In this document: positions 11,349 through 25,400 of the stretch, piece by piece
Position numbering within the stretch: the stretch's first letter is position 1
Layout of the letters: the number at the start of each line of letters is the position of its first letter
DNA from: Octopus bimaculoides
Lineage: Eukaryota
Reading direction: 5' to 3'
DNA: 64,000 bases
NCBI RefSeq assembly: GCF_001194135.2
Contig: NC_068984.1
Span: 93,202,743-93,266,742 of the forward strand
Notes under the pieces: model-generated
The model's database searches: none
The model's input: the letters and a program-made list of their open reading frames with translations, nothing else
What the model was told of the DNA's origin: nothing
Made by a program: the position numbers and the translations under genes

Positions 11349-13389
11349 NNNNNNNNNNNNNNNNNNNNNNNNNNNNNNNNNNNNNNNNNNNNNNNNNNNN
11401 NNNNNNNNNNNNNNNNNNNNNNNNNNNNNNNNNNNNNNNNNNNNNNNNNNNNNNNNNNNNNNNNNNNNNNNNNNNNNNNNNNNNNNNNNNNNNNNNNNNN
11501 NNNNNNNNNNNNNNNNNNNNNNNNNNNNNNNNNNNNNNNNNNNNNNNNNNNNNNNNNNNNNNNNNNNNNNNNNNNNNNNNNNNNNNNNNNNNNNNNNNNN
11601 NNNNNNNNNNNNNNNNNNNNNNNNNNNNNNNNNNNNNNNNNNNNNNNNNNNNNNNNNNNNNNNNNNNNNNNNNNNNNNNNNNNNNNNNNNNNNNNNNNNN
11701 NNNNNNNNNNNNNNNNNNNNNNNNNNNNNNNNNNNNNNNNNNNNNNNNNNNNNNNNNNNNNNNNNNNNNNNNNNNNNNNNNNNNNNNNNNNNNNNNNNNN
11801 NNNNNNNNNNNNNNNNNNNNNNNNNNNNNNNNNNNNNNNNNNNNNNNNNNNNNNNNNNNNNNNNNNNNNNNNNNNNNNNNNNNNNNNNNNNNNNNNNNNN
11901 NNNNNNNNNNNNNNNNNNNNNNNNNNNNNNNNNNNNNNNNNNNNNNNNNNNNNNNNGGTGCTTTTATGTGCCACCGGCCCGAAGGCCAGTCAGGCGGTAC
12001 TGGCAATGGCCACGCTCAAAATGGTGTATTTTATGTGCCACCCGCACAAGAGCCAGTCTAGGGGCACTGGCAACGACCTCTCTCGAAGTCCTTACACATG
12101 CCACGGGCACAAGTGCCAGAAAAGCGACGCTGGGCACAGGTGCCTTCACGATTTCGCTTTCCCCAATAAGTCTTCGCAAGCTGAGTTTCGTGTTCAATGA
12201 AGGAGACGACGTTGGCATGGGTGCCAGTCGTCAAATTCAACTTGATTTCGATTTCACTTGCCTCAACAGGTCTTCGCAAGTGGAGTTTAGTGTCCAATTT
12301 AACTCGATTTCGATTTCACTTGCCTCAACAGGTCTTTGCAAGTGGAGCTTAGTGTCCAATGAAGGAAGGTACGCATAAGTAGACTAGCTGAGGCCTTAGA
12401 TTTAGGTCTCACTTGGCTTGCCGGGTCTTCTCACGCAAAGCATTTAGCAGAGTTTCTACAGCTGGATACCCTTCCTAACACCAACCACTCAGAGAGTGTA
12501 GTGGGTGCTTTTACGTGCCATCGGCATGAAGGCCAGTCAGGCGGTACTGGCAACGGCCACGCTCAAAATGGTGTATTTTATGTGCCACATGCACTAGGGG
12601 CACTGGCAACGATCTCACTCGAAAGTCGTTACACATGCCGTGGGCACAAGTGCCAGAAAGGCGACGCTGGGCACAGGTAACATCACGATTTCGATTTCGC
12701 TTGCCCCAATAAGTCTTTGCAAACTGAGTCTCGTGTCCAATGAAGGAGACAACGTTGGCATGGGTGCCAGTCGTCGAATTTAACTCGATTTCGATTTCGA
12801 TTTCCTCAACCGGTCTTCGCAAGTGGAGTTTAGTGTCCAATTTAACTCGATTTCGATTTCACTTGCCTCAACAGGTCTTCGCAAGTGGAGTTTAGTGTCC
12901 AATGAAGGAAGGTACGCATAAGTGGACTGGTTGAGGCCTTAGATTTNNNNNNNNNNNNNNNNNNNNNNNNNNNNNNNNNNNNNNNNNNNNNNNNNNNNNN
13001 NNNNNNNNNNNNNNNNNNNNNNNNNNNNNNNNNNNNNNNNNNNNNNNNNNNNNNNNNNNNNNNNNNNNNNNNNNNNNNNNNNNNNNNNNNNNNNNNNNNN
13101 NNNNNNNNNNNNNNNNNNNNNNNNNNNNNNNNNNNNNNNNNNNNNNNNNNNNNNNNNNNNNNNNNNNNNNNNNNNNNNNNNNNNNNNNNNNNNNNNNNNN
13201 NNNNNNNNNNNNNNNNNNNNNNNNNNNNNNNNNNNNNNNNNNNNNNNNNNNNNNNNNNNNNNNNNNNNNNNNNNNNNNNNNNNNNNNNNNNNNNNNNNNN
13301 NNNNNNNNNNNNNNNNNNNNNNNNNNNNNNNNNNNNNNNNNNNNNNNNNNNNNNNNNNNNNNNNNNNNNNNNNNNNNNNNNNNNNNNNN

Positions 13390-13423
<34 letters not shown>

Positions 13424-16400
13424 TCACCCTTGAATACTCCAACTCTACCCAATTTCTGCAGTTGTCATTTGCTCTTCTCAACCTCTTTTTTATTTATCCC
13501 TTAACACTTGTTCTTCATAATACTCACTCTCTCACCCTTTCGCTTGTTCACTTTTACTCACCTTGTATTTTCAGGGTCCTCCCTGACTCTTCATCACCAC
13601 TATTTTAATTTCTTTCCAATTCCACTACAACCCTCCCATTCTCTCTCTTATAATGTAACTAATGTAGCTTCCCTACAGCAAGAAAAACCTCTTCTCCCTC
13701 ACTTTAACTGCTCATAGTCTCACCAAAAACTGCTTCACTTTCTACTGTAGCCAGTAGAAAGGGATTTTTGTCTTGCAAGCTGCACAGTGATCTCACTAGT
13801 ACCAGTGCTATGAAAAAAGATCCAGTACAAGCTATAAAATGGTTGATATTAAGTATGACATCCAACCATCAAGCATTGAAGCACAATACAGTCTTTGGAC
13901 TTAATGATATCACTAGTGCCAATAAGATGAAAAAGCATCCAGTGCACTGTAAGGTCATTAGTATTAGAAAGGGTATCAATCCATACAAACCATATCAAAG
14001 CAGACACTGGAGCTTTACACAGCCCTGTGGCTTGTCAGATCCTGTCAGACTGTACAACCCATGTATATCTGTGCAATGTGTTTTTGTTTTGACATCATGT
14101 AATGGTTATAAATGAGCATCACCCTCATACAAGCAATGCTAATTGTTTTTTTCAATCTTTCATGAAAAACCTGTCTGGCCATATTACCTTGCTTGGAAAC
14201 AGATGGGGGTTAGCAACAGGAAGGGCGTCCAGTCAGAAAATTTGCCTCAACAAATTCCATCTGCCCCATGCAAGCATGGAAAAATGAGCATTAAAGTGAT
14301 GATGTAGTAGAATTAGAAAAACCATTACAGTTGTGGAAGCAAAACCTGAAATCAAATGGCCTCACTTAGGCTTTAGTAAGTAGGAAAACAGACAGGACTC
14401 TACTTTCATCTAGGGAAATGGCTTTGCTTGATATGTAGAAAGTGAGTAGATAGAAATTCCATTCAGTGCAACAGATGCAAAATGTGAACTCACAAGTGGT
14501 TTGGTGGTTTCACGGGCAAGTTATCAGAGAAAGTAGACTTTGTATGTAATAGATGCGCAGGAACAATAAGCACTAAGAGCACATGGAAAATAAATTTCCT
14601 CAAATGTCCAGAAGATCTCTAGAGATTGTTCTGAAAGTATAGTTGCTAGAATAAGGACAGGCTGGAGAAAGTTCAGAGTTATTACCTCTATTGTTAACCA
14701 ATGGTTTTTCTCTTTGGGTGAAAGGCAGATTTTATGATAGCTATGTCTGAATAGGAGTAAGATGTGACCATGGATGCAGAAGACATTTGAAGATTAAGAA
14801 ACTGTCATACTCTTTTGAATATGCAATATGTATACATGAACAATAAAACACAAATATATTAAAAGAAAAATTGGACATAAGAGGAATCAGATGTATGTAA
14901 TTGAGAAAAATACACTGGCATGCGTATGTATGAGGATTAAAAAGTGTTACTCATTTAAGATGGATGGAACTTGGAAACTTGTGGAAGTGGAAGACATGGG
15001 ACAAAATGATGAAGACTGATCTTAGGAGTTTGAATCTCTCAGAAGAGATGACAAATGACCTGGATGATAGGTGACATGTGGTACTCAAGAAGATCCACCC
15101 ATCTCAATGAAACAGGTTCTGGAAGCATAATGCCTCTCAACAAATGATCCGTGCAGCCCCTCTTTCTCTATCACAGATCTCTCCATCACCTGCTTAATAG
15201 CAGTGTTCTGCTCCTGTAATTCAGGGCAAAGCTACATATTTTTTTCATTTCTGGTATGCCAGTTAGCTTTCTCACCATCTAGAACCACCTCTTTGATATC
15301 CATCCTTCACTCTCAGTAGCGTCCCTCTCCACTCACATTTTACATTGATCATCCTACTCTTTTGTACTCCCAAATTATTTCTATTTCTCTCTCTTTCCAC
15401 TGAACCACTACTTTCTGTTTTATATGCCCATATCACCATACATTTCTCTCTCCCCTCATGCACTGCATCTTTCTCTCCATTCAAACTCTTGCAACTTACC
15501 CACCTACACATCATCTCTTTCTCTCTGTCCTACTGTTCTTCACCCTCATGTACTGCCAATCAGCACCTATTCTAAGTATCCTAACCTTACTCCAACTCAC
15601 TACATACATTCTTGCTACATCTATCCAGTCTGTCTTCCAGTTTTCCACTCAAAGCCTACCATCTCACCTTGTCACCATCATCTTTATCTCTCTTGCCAGC
15701 TCCATACCAATAACTACAACTCACTCTTGTTCTGGCCTCTTCCTTTATACGTTAGCATTTGATCACTAACACAAACTACCTTCCTCTCAACTGTAGCCTC
15801 ATTTAGTCACAGAGGATCTTAATCTTGGGAGCTACATGGTGACCTCACTAGTGCTTGTGCCACAAAATAAGTACCCAGTACACTCTATAAAATGATTGGC
15901 ATCCAGCTATAGAAACCATGTCAAAGCAACCAGTAAAGCACAACACATGGCTCACAATATAATCCTCCAACTTGTTGGATACTGTCAAACTATCCATTCC
16001 ATGACAGCATGGAAGATGAATGTTAAAAGATGATGTGTGTGTATACGTATATATATACACACACACATTCATAGCCCACACCTCCCACATCCTTAGAGTT
16101 GGCACACCCAATGTGGGTGCATTGAAAGGTAGGTCTGGTGTGATTGTTGAGATGCTTGAACAAAGGTGTGTAGATGTGTGTTGCATCCAAGAAGTAAGGT
16201 GGGGAGGAAGTTCTGCTAGATCCCTCACAGGCAAAGAGCATAGGTATAAATCTTCTGGGTAGGGAACAGTGTTGGGATTGGTGGTGTGGACTTATTTCTT
16301 GCTAAGAAATGGGTTGATAATGTAATTGAGATAGTCAGTGTGTGTGACAGAATACATAAGCTTAGACTAATTTTGCAAAGTGGAACAGCAACCATCATCA

Positions 16401-19400
16401 CAACCTATGCTCCTCAGCTGCGACTACCTGATGAACAAAAAGACCAGTTTTATGACACCCTTTTGCTGACTACCTCATCAGCAACTACCTTTCCTTTATA
16501 GCTGATGATTTCAATGAGCATGCTGGTCAACATCCAGGTGGCTTCCATAGCATGCATAGTAGCAACGGATTTTACTCTCATAATGAGGAGGGAACCAGGC
16601 TGCTGGAGTTCTGTGATGCAAATGACCCTATGATCTGTAATACTAACTTCAGGAAACCTGGTGGGCACACTAGTCAGATTGACTACATTCTCGCCAGAAA
16701 ATGGAAAAGATGGCTGCTTATAAATGCCAAAACTATCCCAGGTGAAGACTGCACCCTTCAACATAGGTTAGTCATTAGTAACTTCAGAATCAGAGCCAAA
16801 AGGCTGCCAAGAAGACAACCAGTGTGGAAAAGAAAGGTCTGGAAGCTTAAGATCAGAGATTCAGAGATGTGTTACTTGAAGCCCAGCTTGGCCACAGCTT
16901 TGAGCTGAAACCTATAAAAGAATAGTAACATATAATGTGAAGGACAACTGGGGATTCCTATGGGACAATCTGCTGAGGGTGACTGACCAAATTTGTGGCT
17001 GGTGCAAAGTCTCTTCTCATTGTGGTATGGTGGTGGAATAGTGTAGTTGACAGGGCCATTAGAGAAAAGAAACGGGCCTGGAAGGACTGGAAGTGTGGTG
17101 TTAGTGGGAAACTGTATCAGATAGCCAGGGGAGAAGCAGAAGAGAAGTTTACCGATGTTCTGCAACATGAGGACCAAAGACCTGAAGTGTTTAAGATTGC
17201 AAGACAGTGTGTGAGAGAAAATCATGATGTCATAGGAGAGAAATGTGTCCACATGGATGATAGGTCACTTGCATTTAATGATACTGCAAAGAAAGAGGCT
17301 TGGAAATGGCATTATGAAAGGCTGCAAAATGTGGAGAATGCATGGGAAAAAGAGAGTCTGCCAAACATAGACCCAACTGAGAGACCAGTTATTCAAATTG
17401 ACAGTTGCTTGGTAGATAAAGCAACTAAGGATATGAAGACAGAGAAAGGCCATAACCCATCAGGAATCACTGCTGAGATGCTTAAGGTATCTGTCAGAGT
17501 AGGATATGGCCTAATCATCCATATAGTTAATCAAGCTGTTACACCCAACAGTTGGTGTAACAGTATTATCAACCGCTACAAAGGCTAAGTGATGTCTTAG
17601 ACAGAAATAATTACAGTGGCATCAAATTGCTGGACCAGGTGATGAAAATCACAGAGTTATAGCTCAATTAATTAGGAAGGGAGTTAGCATAGATGAGATG
17701 CAGTTTGGATTTGTGGTAGGTTGGAGCATGTTTTATGCTATATTCCTGGTTAGGCAGCTTCAAGAAGTATTTAGCCTAAAATAAACCTCTGTACTTGGCT
17801 TTTGTTGACATGGAGAAATCTTTTGACAGGATCCCCCATTCCATTATCAGGTAGTTAATGCAGAAGCTAGGGTTAGATGAGTAGTTAGTGAGAGCTATAC
17901 AAGCCATGTACAGGGATGCTACCAGTAAGGTGAAGGTTGGCAACAAGTATAGCAATGTATTCAGTGTACAAGTAGGAATTCACCAAGGCTCAGTCCCCTC
18001 TTATCTTTGTCCTCCAGGTCTTAACAGAGTAATTCAAGACCAGCTGTCCTTGGGAGCTCTATGCTGATGACCCTGTTCTTATAGCTGAATCACTACCTGG
18101 CCTAGGGAAGAAATTTCAGGTGTGGAATCTAAGGGCCTTAGAGTTAATTTAATAAAAAAACAAATTCCATGTACATAGTAAAACAGACAAATCACAAGTC
18201 CCTCCAGGGAGATGGCTCTGCTCGATATGTAAGAGGGATGTTGATAGAAACTCCATAGGTTGTACCCAGTGCAAGCTTTGGATACATAAGAGGTGTAGCA
18301 GTATTACAGGAAAATAGAGAAAATAGTCTTTGTATGTAGAAAGTGTGTAGATACAATAAGCACTAAAAATTCTCAGACAATATACTCCCTCAGATGCTCA
18401 AGGGAAAAGGGGGGTCATTAGAAGTAGTAGATAGCTTCTGTTGCCTAGGTAACCAAGTTAGCAGTGGAGGAGGAAGTTGTGAAAGTGTAGTTGCTAGAAT
18501 AAGAATGGGCTGGGCAAAGTTCAGAGAGCTTCAATCTTTGTTGGTAACTAAGGGCTTTTCTCTCAGAGTGAAAGTCAGATTGTATGATGCCTGTGTAAAT
18601 ATAGCTATGTTACATGGCAGTGAAACATGGGCTTTGACCACAGGAGATTTGCGAAGGCTTGAAAGATATGAAGCTAACATGTTCCACTGGATGAGTAATA
18701 TCAATGTGCATGCATAACAGAGAGTAAATGATTTAAGAGGAAAATTGAGTATAAGAGGCATCAGATGTTGTGTGCAAGAGAGAAGACTGCATTGATTTGA
18801 TCACGTGATACATATGGATGAGGACTGTTGTGTAAAGAAGTGCCGGGCTCTAATTGTGGAAGGGATAGACCCAGGAAGACATGGGATGAAGTGGTGAGAA
18901 AGGATCTTTGGATGCTGGATCTCACTGAGAAAATGACAAGGGCCTGGGAGATGTGGTAATTTGCTGCCCTTGAAAAGACATGTCCACTTAAGTAAAATCA
19001 CTGTCTTCCATACATACAGGCTTATCTTTTCAGGTGCCAGTGCCACATAAAAAGCACCTAGCACACTCTGTTAAGTGGTTGACATTAGGAAGGGCATCCA
19101 GCTGTAGAAACCATGTCACAACAGACAACTGGAGCCTGAACAGCTACCCAGCTGGCCAGCTCCATGTCAAATCATCCAACCCAAGCCAGCATGGAAAACG
19201 GATGTTAAACGATGATGACTCACACTCATTATCAATATGTTTTTTTGTATGTGGTAAATGTATCAATTATCATTTCATTGATACACTTGCATTATCTTTT
19301 CTCCTTTTCTTTTTCTAATATTAACAGACAAATTCAGCCTCTGGTCAGTCTAATATAGTCTCTGGCCATCACTCAAGCAAAAATGATGCTATTGTCACCC

Positions 19401-22400
19401 AAGCATGGTTTACAACAAGAGATGAGAAGAATGCTTTGCAAAACAAAGGTATATTGTAATCATTCAGAATAGTAGATTTTAAAATATGTTTTTTATTTTG
19501 TAACAATCATAACAAAAAAAGAAAGAAAATTATTTGTGTTTGTCACTTTAAAAAATAACTTTATTTTCTGTCACAATTATCTATATCATTAAATGATCCT
19601 GGCTACCTTATATTTACCATAGAAAAGGTGTTTCAGATGTCATGAAAATAGTTTTAGGCATGATAAAGTTGGAAAATTATGAACTATGGAAGTAGAATAT
19701 CAATAACCAGACAGTTGTTGTCTGATAAAAAACAAATTTTGATACAATCAGTACCATTCTAACACAATACAGTTGTTTTAGACCCTGAGGTTGCCATTGG
19801 ACCTCTTAAATCTGATAGTCCATCATTCAACAACTCCCACATTTTGAAACTGCTACCATTAGTATGTTGATGAGTCAACAAGACATTACAGTTAATAGTG
19901 CTAAGGTGTCAAACTTTTGTTTATTTCAGTCTGTTATTAGCCCACCTGGATATCATTAAGAAGACTAAAAGGTGCAAATGATGGTGCTCATGCTAATAAA
20001 CATAACCATAAATTGTTAGTATATAAAAAAGTGAAGTTGAAGGAAAGTAAAAATCAGAAAAGTTTTGGAAAACATTGAGAGGTGCTAGGAATATCAAAGT
20101 AGACAGTGTTCTAAGTCACATCTTAATGAAAGTGAAACATTTATGAAATCCCTATATAACTAGCCAAAGTTTTCCAGAGAGGATTAAAGATAGAATATAA
20201 CTGAATATTTGCAAGGGTGGTTGCACAAGTTTAAGTGGAGAAATGGAATTTTGCTATATAGTGTACATAGGGAAAAACTTAATGCTGATGTGGGAGCTAC
20301 TGATGAAATGCCTTGTTTTGACATTGCATGCTATGGAAAACTCTTGCCCAAAAGATGACATATGTTTCATCTTAAGGTAAGGATTCCAAAGGAGTTCTTG
20401 GCTGTTGCATTTCACTAAATAATTGAAAATGTTATCCAAGGACCTTTAAAGGTATGAGAGTTCTTAGCTACTATAGTATTCAAAAAGAGTGAATAACAGT
20501 TAAGGGGTTTTTGCAGGGTTTGTTTAATGGTTTGAAAATGACTTCTTGTTTAACCCTTTAGTGTTCAGATTAATCTGACAAATGTAATGCTTAACTGTTC
20601 ACGTTATTTTGAATTATGCTTGTAACTTTGCTAATTTTTTACATACAGATTTGAAATTTTGTCAGTGAGTGCTTATATACCAGTGGATTATAGCTTTGTA
20701 ATTTTAGCTAATCTTGCTGATTAAATTTGACTTTTATGGGCAGGTAAATTTAATTAACAGGTGTAAAAACAATAACATTATGGATAAACACTAAAATTGA
20801 AATTCTTAATGCATCTTATCTGTTTGATTTGTTACTAAAATTATCCCAGTTGTCAACTGCCATCAATGTTGCCACTTTTCAAGATGAGGTACATTAATAT
20901 GAATTCATCAGCATATAGGTATAATCAGTACAAGATTTTATTCTTTCTCTATATTTCATTCAAACATTTTCATTGAAAATAAAGTACAAAACTCTTTTTC
21001 TAGTCAATATACCCTTGGTTATGTACTCTTATACAATTTCATGAATACATTTACATAACAGAATGCATCTAATAAAAGAAAAAAAGCTCATTAGCAAGTG
21101 AGGCAAAGGTAACATAATGAAAATTGATATGTATTTTTCACTTTCACATATCTAATATATATAAATCAAAGTATGTGTGTGTATATTGACTAACACATAA
21201 ATTTCCACAATCCTCAACCAATTTTTTACCAAACTTTACACACACATTACTTATGTCCCATTACTTACTTATTCTCGTCTTAATATCTTCTAGAAGATCT
21301 CGACTTTTCAGATGATATAGCACTACTTTCACAAACATATAGCCAGATGCAAAATAAAACGTCAAAATTAGAAGCAATAGCTGCCAAACTAGAATTGAAA
21401 GTCAACTGCGACAAATCAAAAATTATGCACATTAATGAAGAAAACAGTGAACGTATTAAACTAGAAACCAGTGAACTAGAGGATGTAGCTGAGTTTACGT
21501 ATTACTTGGTTAGAGAATATTATAAAAGTGAAAGGATTTTTTCTGTTTATCTATTTCAACTGTCTACCTTTGATTGTGGTTAAATTGACTAGGAACACTC
21601 TACGTGATGAATATCCAATATCAAACAATCTTAATCTCCATATTTAAATTGCATTAAACTTTGGTAGGCTTACCTTTATCTATTCTGAGTTACTTGAAAG
21701 GTGACATTCCCTTCTCTCTCTTCTATTTGTTGATACCTGTGTTTACCTACCAATGTGTTGTTTCATATTAAGGATGCTTATTTACTCATCCATTATATTT
21801 CAAATGCAACATCTTTTTACTGCGAACTGTTAAAGCAGTATTCGTGAACTGAAGTCAAAGTCTTCATGTCTTCATTTTTCGTTACCTGAAGTCAGTTTCG
21901 GAGTGGTCATATGCTGTAAGCACGTAGCAAATACATTCCTTTAACTCTGCTTTTCCAATAGGTATTATACTGCCATTTTTGAATGTACCAATCATACTTC
22001 TCTCAGAAAAAATAGCTCCCTTTGCTGTTGAATAAAATGACTTGCAGAGGGGAAGTGTCAACGTCTTCCTTCAATTTCCTTACACCATTTATGTGGCTGT
22101 TTCTGACAAGAAATTTCGCTTTCATATAAAACAACTATATTTTGTAGTCATTATCCATAATCTACTCCCAAAACACTTCAAGTAGCTCTACCTTGCATCA
22201 CTTGCAAATGTAGATGTCCTATGACCATTAAAGTGCAATGACCTCCACAATAACCAGCCTTCGATTAGGTTTTCTGTTCCTAGGTTAATCGGAAACATAG
22301 ATTGCCATGCTACTCATAAACCTTCTCAGTAGTTCAATTATTTGGTGAAGAAAATACCACCAAAGCAAAAGGATGGGTGCATTTGCTAGTTATTTAATAA

Positions 22401-25400
22401 AATGAAAAGAATATATGATAGTATTACTATCAAACAACAAAATATAGTTATGCCATATTTCAATCGTGAAACTGTCCAAAGCACCCTTTACAGAAGGGCA
22501 CTTTCCAAAACAAACACATATATGAGGTCTTGACCTTTCGCAGTTTTTTTTTTTTTTTTTTCTCAGTGAACACAGTATGCAAACTTTTCCATTTATTTTT
22601 TCTATCATATGGAAGTCAATATTTTCTCTGTTGACACCCACTTCAGTTAATTTTGCTTTTCTCCCAGTTCTGTGCTTTCTGGATGAAAAGCCCTCACATA
22701 ACTGAGATGCAATGTCAACCCAAAATTTCAAATGGTCGTAGTCTTTTGGTGGCAAAGGTGCCTTGTTGCTTTTTACATAAACAATATCTGAATTAACTGT
22801 AGTTAGACATAATGATGGAGATATATGGATCACCATACCTTATGTCAGGATTCCAGTAGTTCAACAATTGAGGAAGCTGCTTAATATCAAACATAGTGTT
22901 TATTAGTAAAAAAAAGCTCACATTTCTGCAGTATCAGTTGGCTGCCATAGTGGATTAGGTCTTCCACAAACAGAAATTATGCATTGAGCATTTTTGTTTT
23001 CTCTGTGACAGTTTCATAAAAAAACTTTTCAGTAAAAATAAAAATAAATAGTCCAATGGTTGTGCATTGAGAGGTAAACTGTATCGTGGACTAGTTTTTC
23101 TGTGAAATCATGAATTATGGTTGGTGTAATGTTTTCAATATCATTTACATCACTTTCATTTCTATCACTTTCATTATCAAAGTCTTCCTCATCCAACAAA
23201 GATTGTCAATATGATTCATCCAAAGACAAATCACTGTTATTTTCGTTTATATTTTGTACATCATGAAGAGTAAAATCTTTGAAATCATAATCGCTACTTG
23301 CTGACACCATATCACTAAAAACTAAGATGTACACTTCTCTTCAGACATTGAAAAAAACCAAGAAGTCTCAAAAATTTCACCATATTTTTACTTGAATAAA
23401 GGCAAGAAAGGCTTTATCTCGCATTATCTCAAAGCTACGAGAATTCAATAATGTGATTTGTTTATTTTATTAGCGATTTCATAGAGGAATCAGATATGGC
23501 TGGATATAACTGGTTCAAACAAATAAAGGGGAATAATTTTCAGCTAGTTTTGGCCAGTCTAAATGCTAAAGGGTTAAGTTGGAGAAAACTGTAACTCTGT
23601 TGGCCTAAATTCAAAGTGTAACTTATATTTTTTGTTAAAGAGTTGTTCTGCATACTCCAAAGTAGAACTTTTAATAAAAGACAGTGTTTTTGGTCTATAC
23701 CTCTCTATTGATTGCACCTCAGTGAGACAATCCTGTAACTAGAACACCCCCACGATAGGTGAAAATCCATGAAGTAGAAGCAGTACTGTATTATTTGTTT
23801 TTTTATTATTTTTATAATTTGTATATATTTCTTTTATCATAAATGCAAAACAACACTGCAGAGGAATCAATGTAAGCTTAAATAATAAACTGCAATATGT
23901 GAACCACGATATGGCAAGGGATTACTGTATTACATTCATTGAAATCTAAATACAAATCAGTTTATCCACTGTTTCTGTGCTACCTCAAATAATGAGAAAC
24001 TCCCTACAGATTTCATGAGGAATTTTACTTAAAAGATATGATATGGTCTTTAGCATCTGCTTGGAATAAAGTTCAGAATGTACACTGCAAGTTAACCTTT
24101 CAAGACGAGGAAAGAGTTGAACTTGACTATGCTGAATTTAAAGTTTCTAATGAAAGAAAATCATCAAAAAATTGGTTGAGTATGCTAGGAGAATGATGAA
24201 CACAAAGTGTCTTGTAATAACAAAAGAAATTACAGAGGAAAACCTAGGGGAATGGCTGAACATCAATAATGGTGAGCCTATTGTTTATCAAGAAACTGCT
24301 TGAGAAATAGAGCAGATGGTGCAAGAAGATAAAAACAAATAAAATCATGAAAAATGTGCTGAAAAAAATGAAGAAGCAAAAGAAAGAATTTCTATGGATA
24401 AATATATTTAGACAATGAGAGATTCAATGGCAAGATTAGAGCAAGGTGACTTTATAATGAAACAAAAAATCATGTCTGATTCAAACAAAATTAATTAGGA
24501 AGAAACCCAAAGCATGCTATGTTGCGACAGTAGTTGAAGAAGGTTGTTCACAACTCTACCAAGGCTCATTTCAGCATAGAAAGACCATTTCTTTTCATCC
24601 CTTTTGATCCTGATGTGCAAATAGGCCTAGGTCTATTTAATTGAAGTCTTGATGACCCTGCACTCTATCCATGAAGACCCTGCCTATCATGGTGTACTTG
24701 TAGTCTACCAATATTTATATTGTTCTATTATTTTTGATTTCAGACTTTATATTACATGAAACAATTAAAGCTTATTTGGAAATATTATTGGCTGTATTAT
24801 TTTGTATTTCAAGTTTGTTCTAGCTTTGACAAGACATCAGTATGTATGTATGCATGCACACATGCACACACAATGAGATAGCTAAGTTATGTATTTACAC
24901 AGAGACTCCCTTAGAGTCAGCTTTCTGTTTTCTGACATTTTTCTGTATCTGGAAATGGCCAGGTCCCCAAATTTCCAGACTAAAGAGATCCAACTTGTAT
25001 TTTCAGTTAGCAAGTTAAGTAAACTGAGGCATGCAGACTATGCATTGCAAAATTTGAACTTGTAACTTCACAAAATAACTTCAAAGCATATGAGCCATTT
25101 ACATTTAGAAAAAGGCATATAAAAGAAAACTTATGAGCATTTTATTGGTAGAAAAATAATTATTCCTATTTTAATTTTGATGAGATGAAAGAAAGAAGAG
25201 TTGTTATTAATTCACTTCAAATCTAGATATTGAGATATCATTAACTAAACTCATTCCCAAGTGATTTATTTGTTTATAATAAATAATCTTCTGCTTAAAA
25301 ATTTACTAGACTAGTAAATAATTTGATTGTGAAAATTCTTAACCATATCACTTCAAGAATAGATATTTAGTTATTAACTCTTGTTTTGTATCTAAGCTGG

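Larger units (their letters stand above)
19960..24480 (+). mobile_element. Tigger/pogo (CENP-B-like) DNA transposon relic split by a piggyBac insertion
   Basis: GWLHKFKWRNGILLYSVHREKLNAD at ~20215-20290 (pogo GWLxxFKxR motif); WFENDFL just before 20550; DMIWSLASAWNKV at ~24035-24070 after the insertion. Confidence 0.65.

Noticed and set aside
12240-12905. Regularly repeated ~60-nt units that superficially resemble a CRISPR array
   Set aside because: There are no unique spacers and no cas genes, the context is eukaryotic, and the units are sub-repeats of an RTE 3' UTR.
11288-13481. Long ORFs of 180-300 aa in the ORF track
   Set aside because: They are translations of N-gaps and (TA)n runs. 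The same applies to 33230-34550, 44346-44961 and 52844-53545.
19338-19448. Alternative model joining exon 3 directly to an acceptor at 19337
   Set aside because: It is phase-compatible, but the 10441-10490 exon plus the 19327 acceptor restores the conserved EITM|T junction. It could remain a minor skipping isoform.
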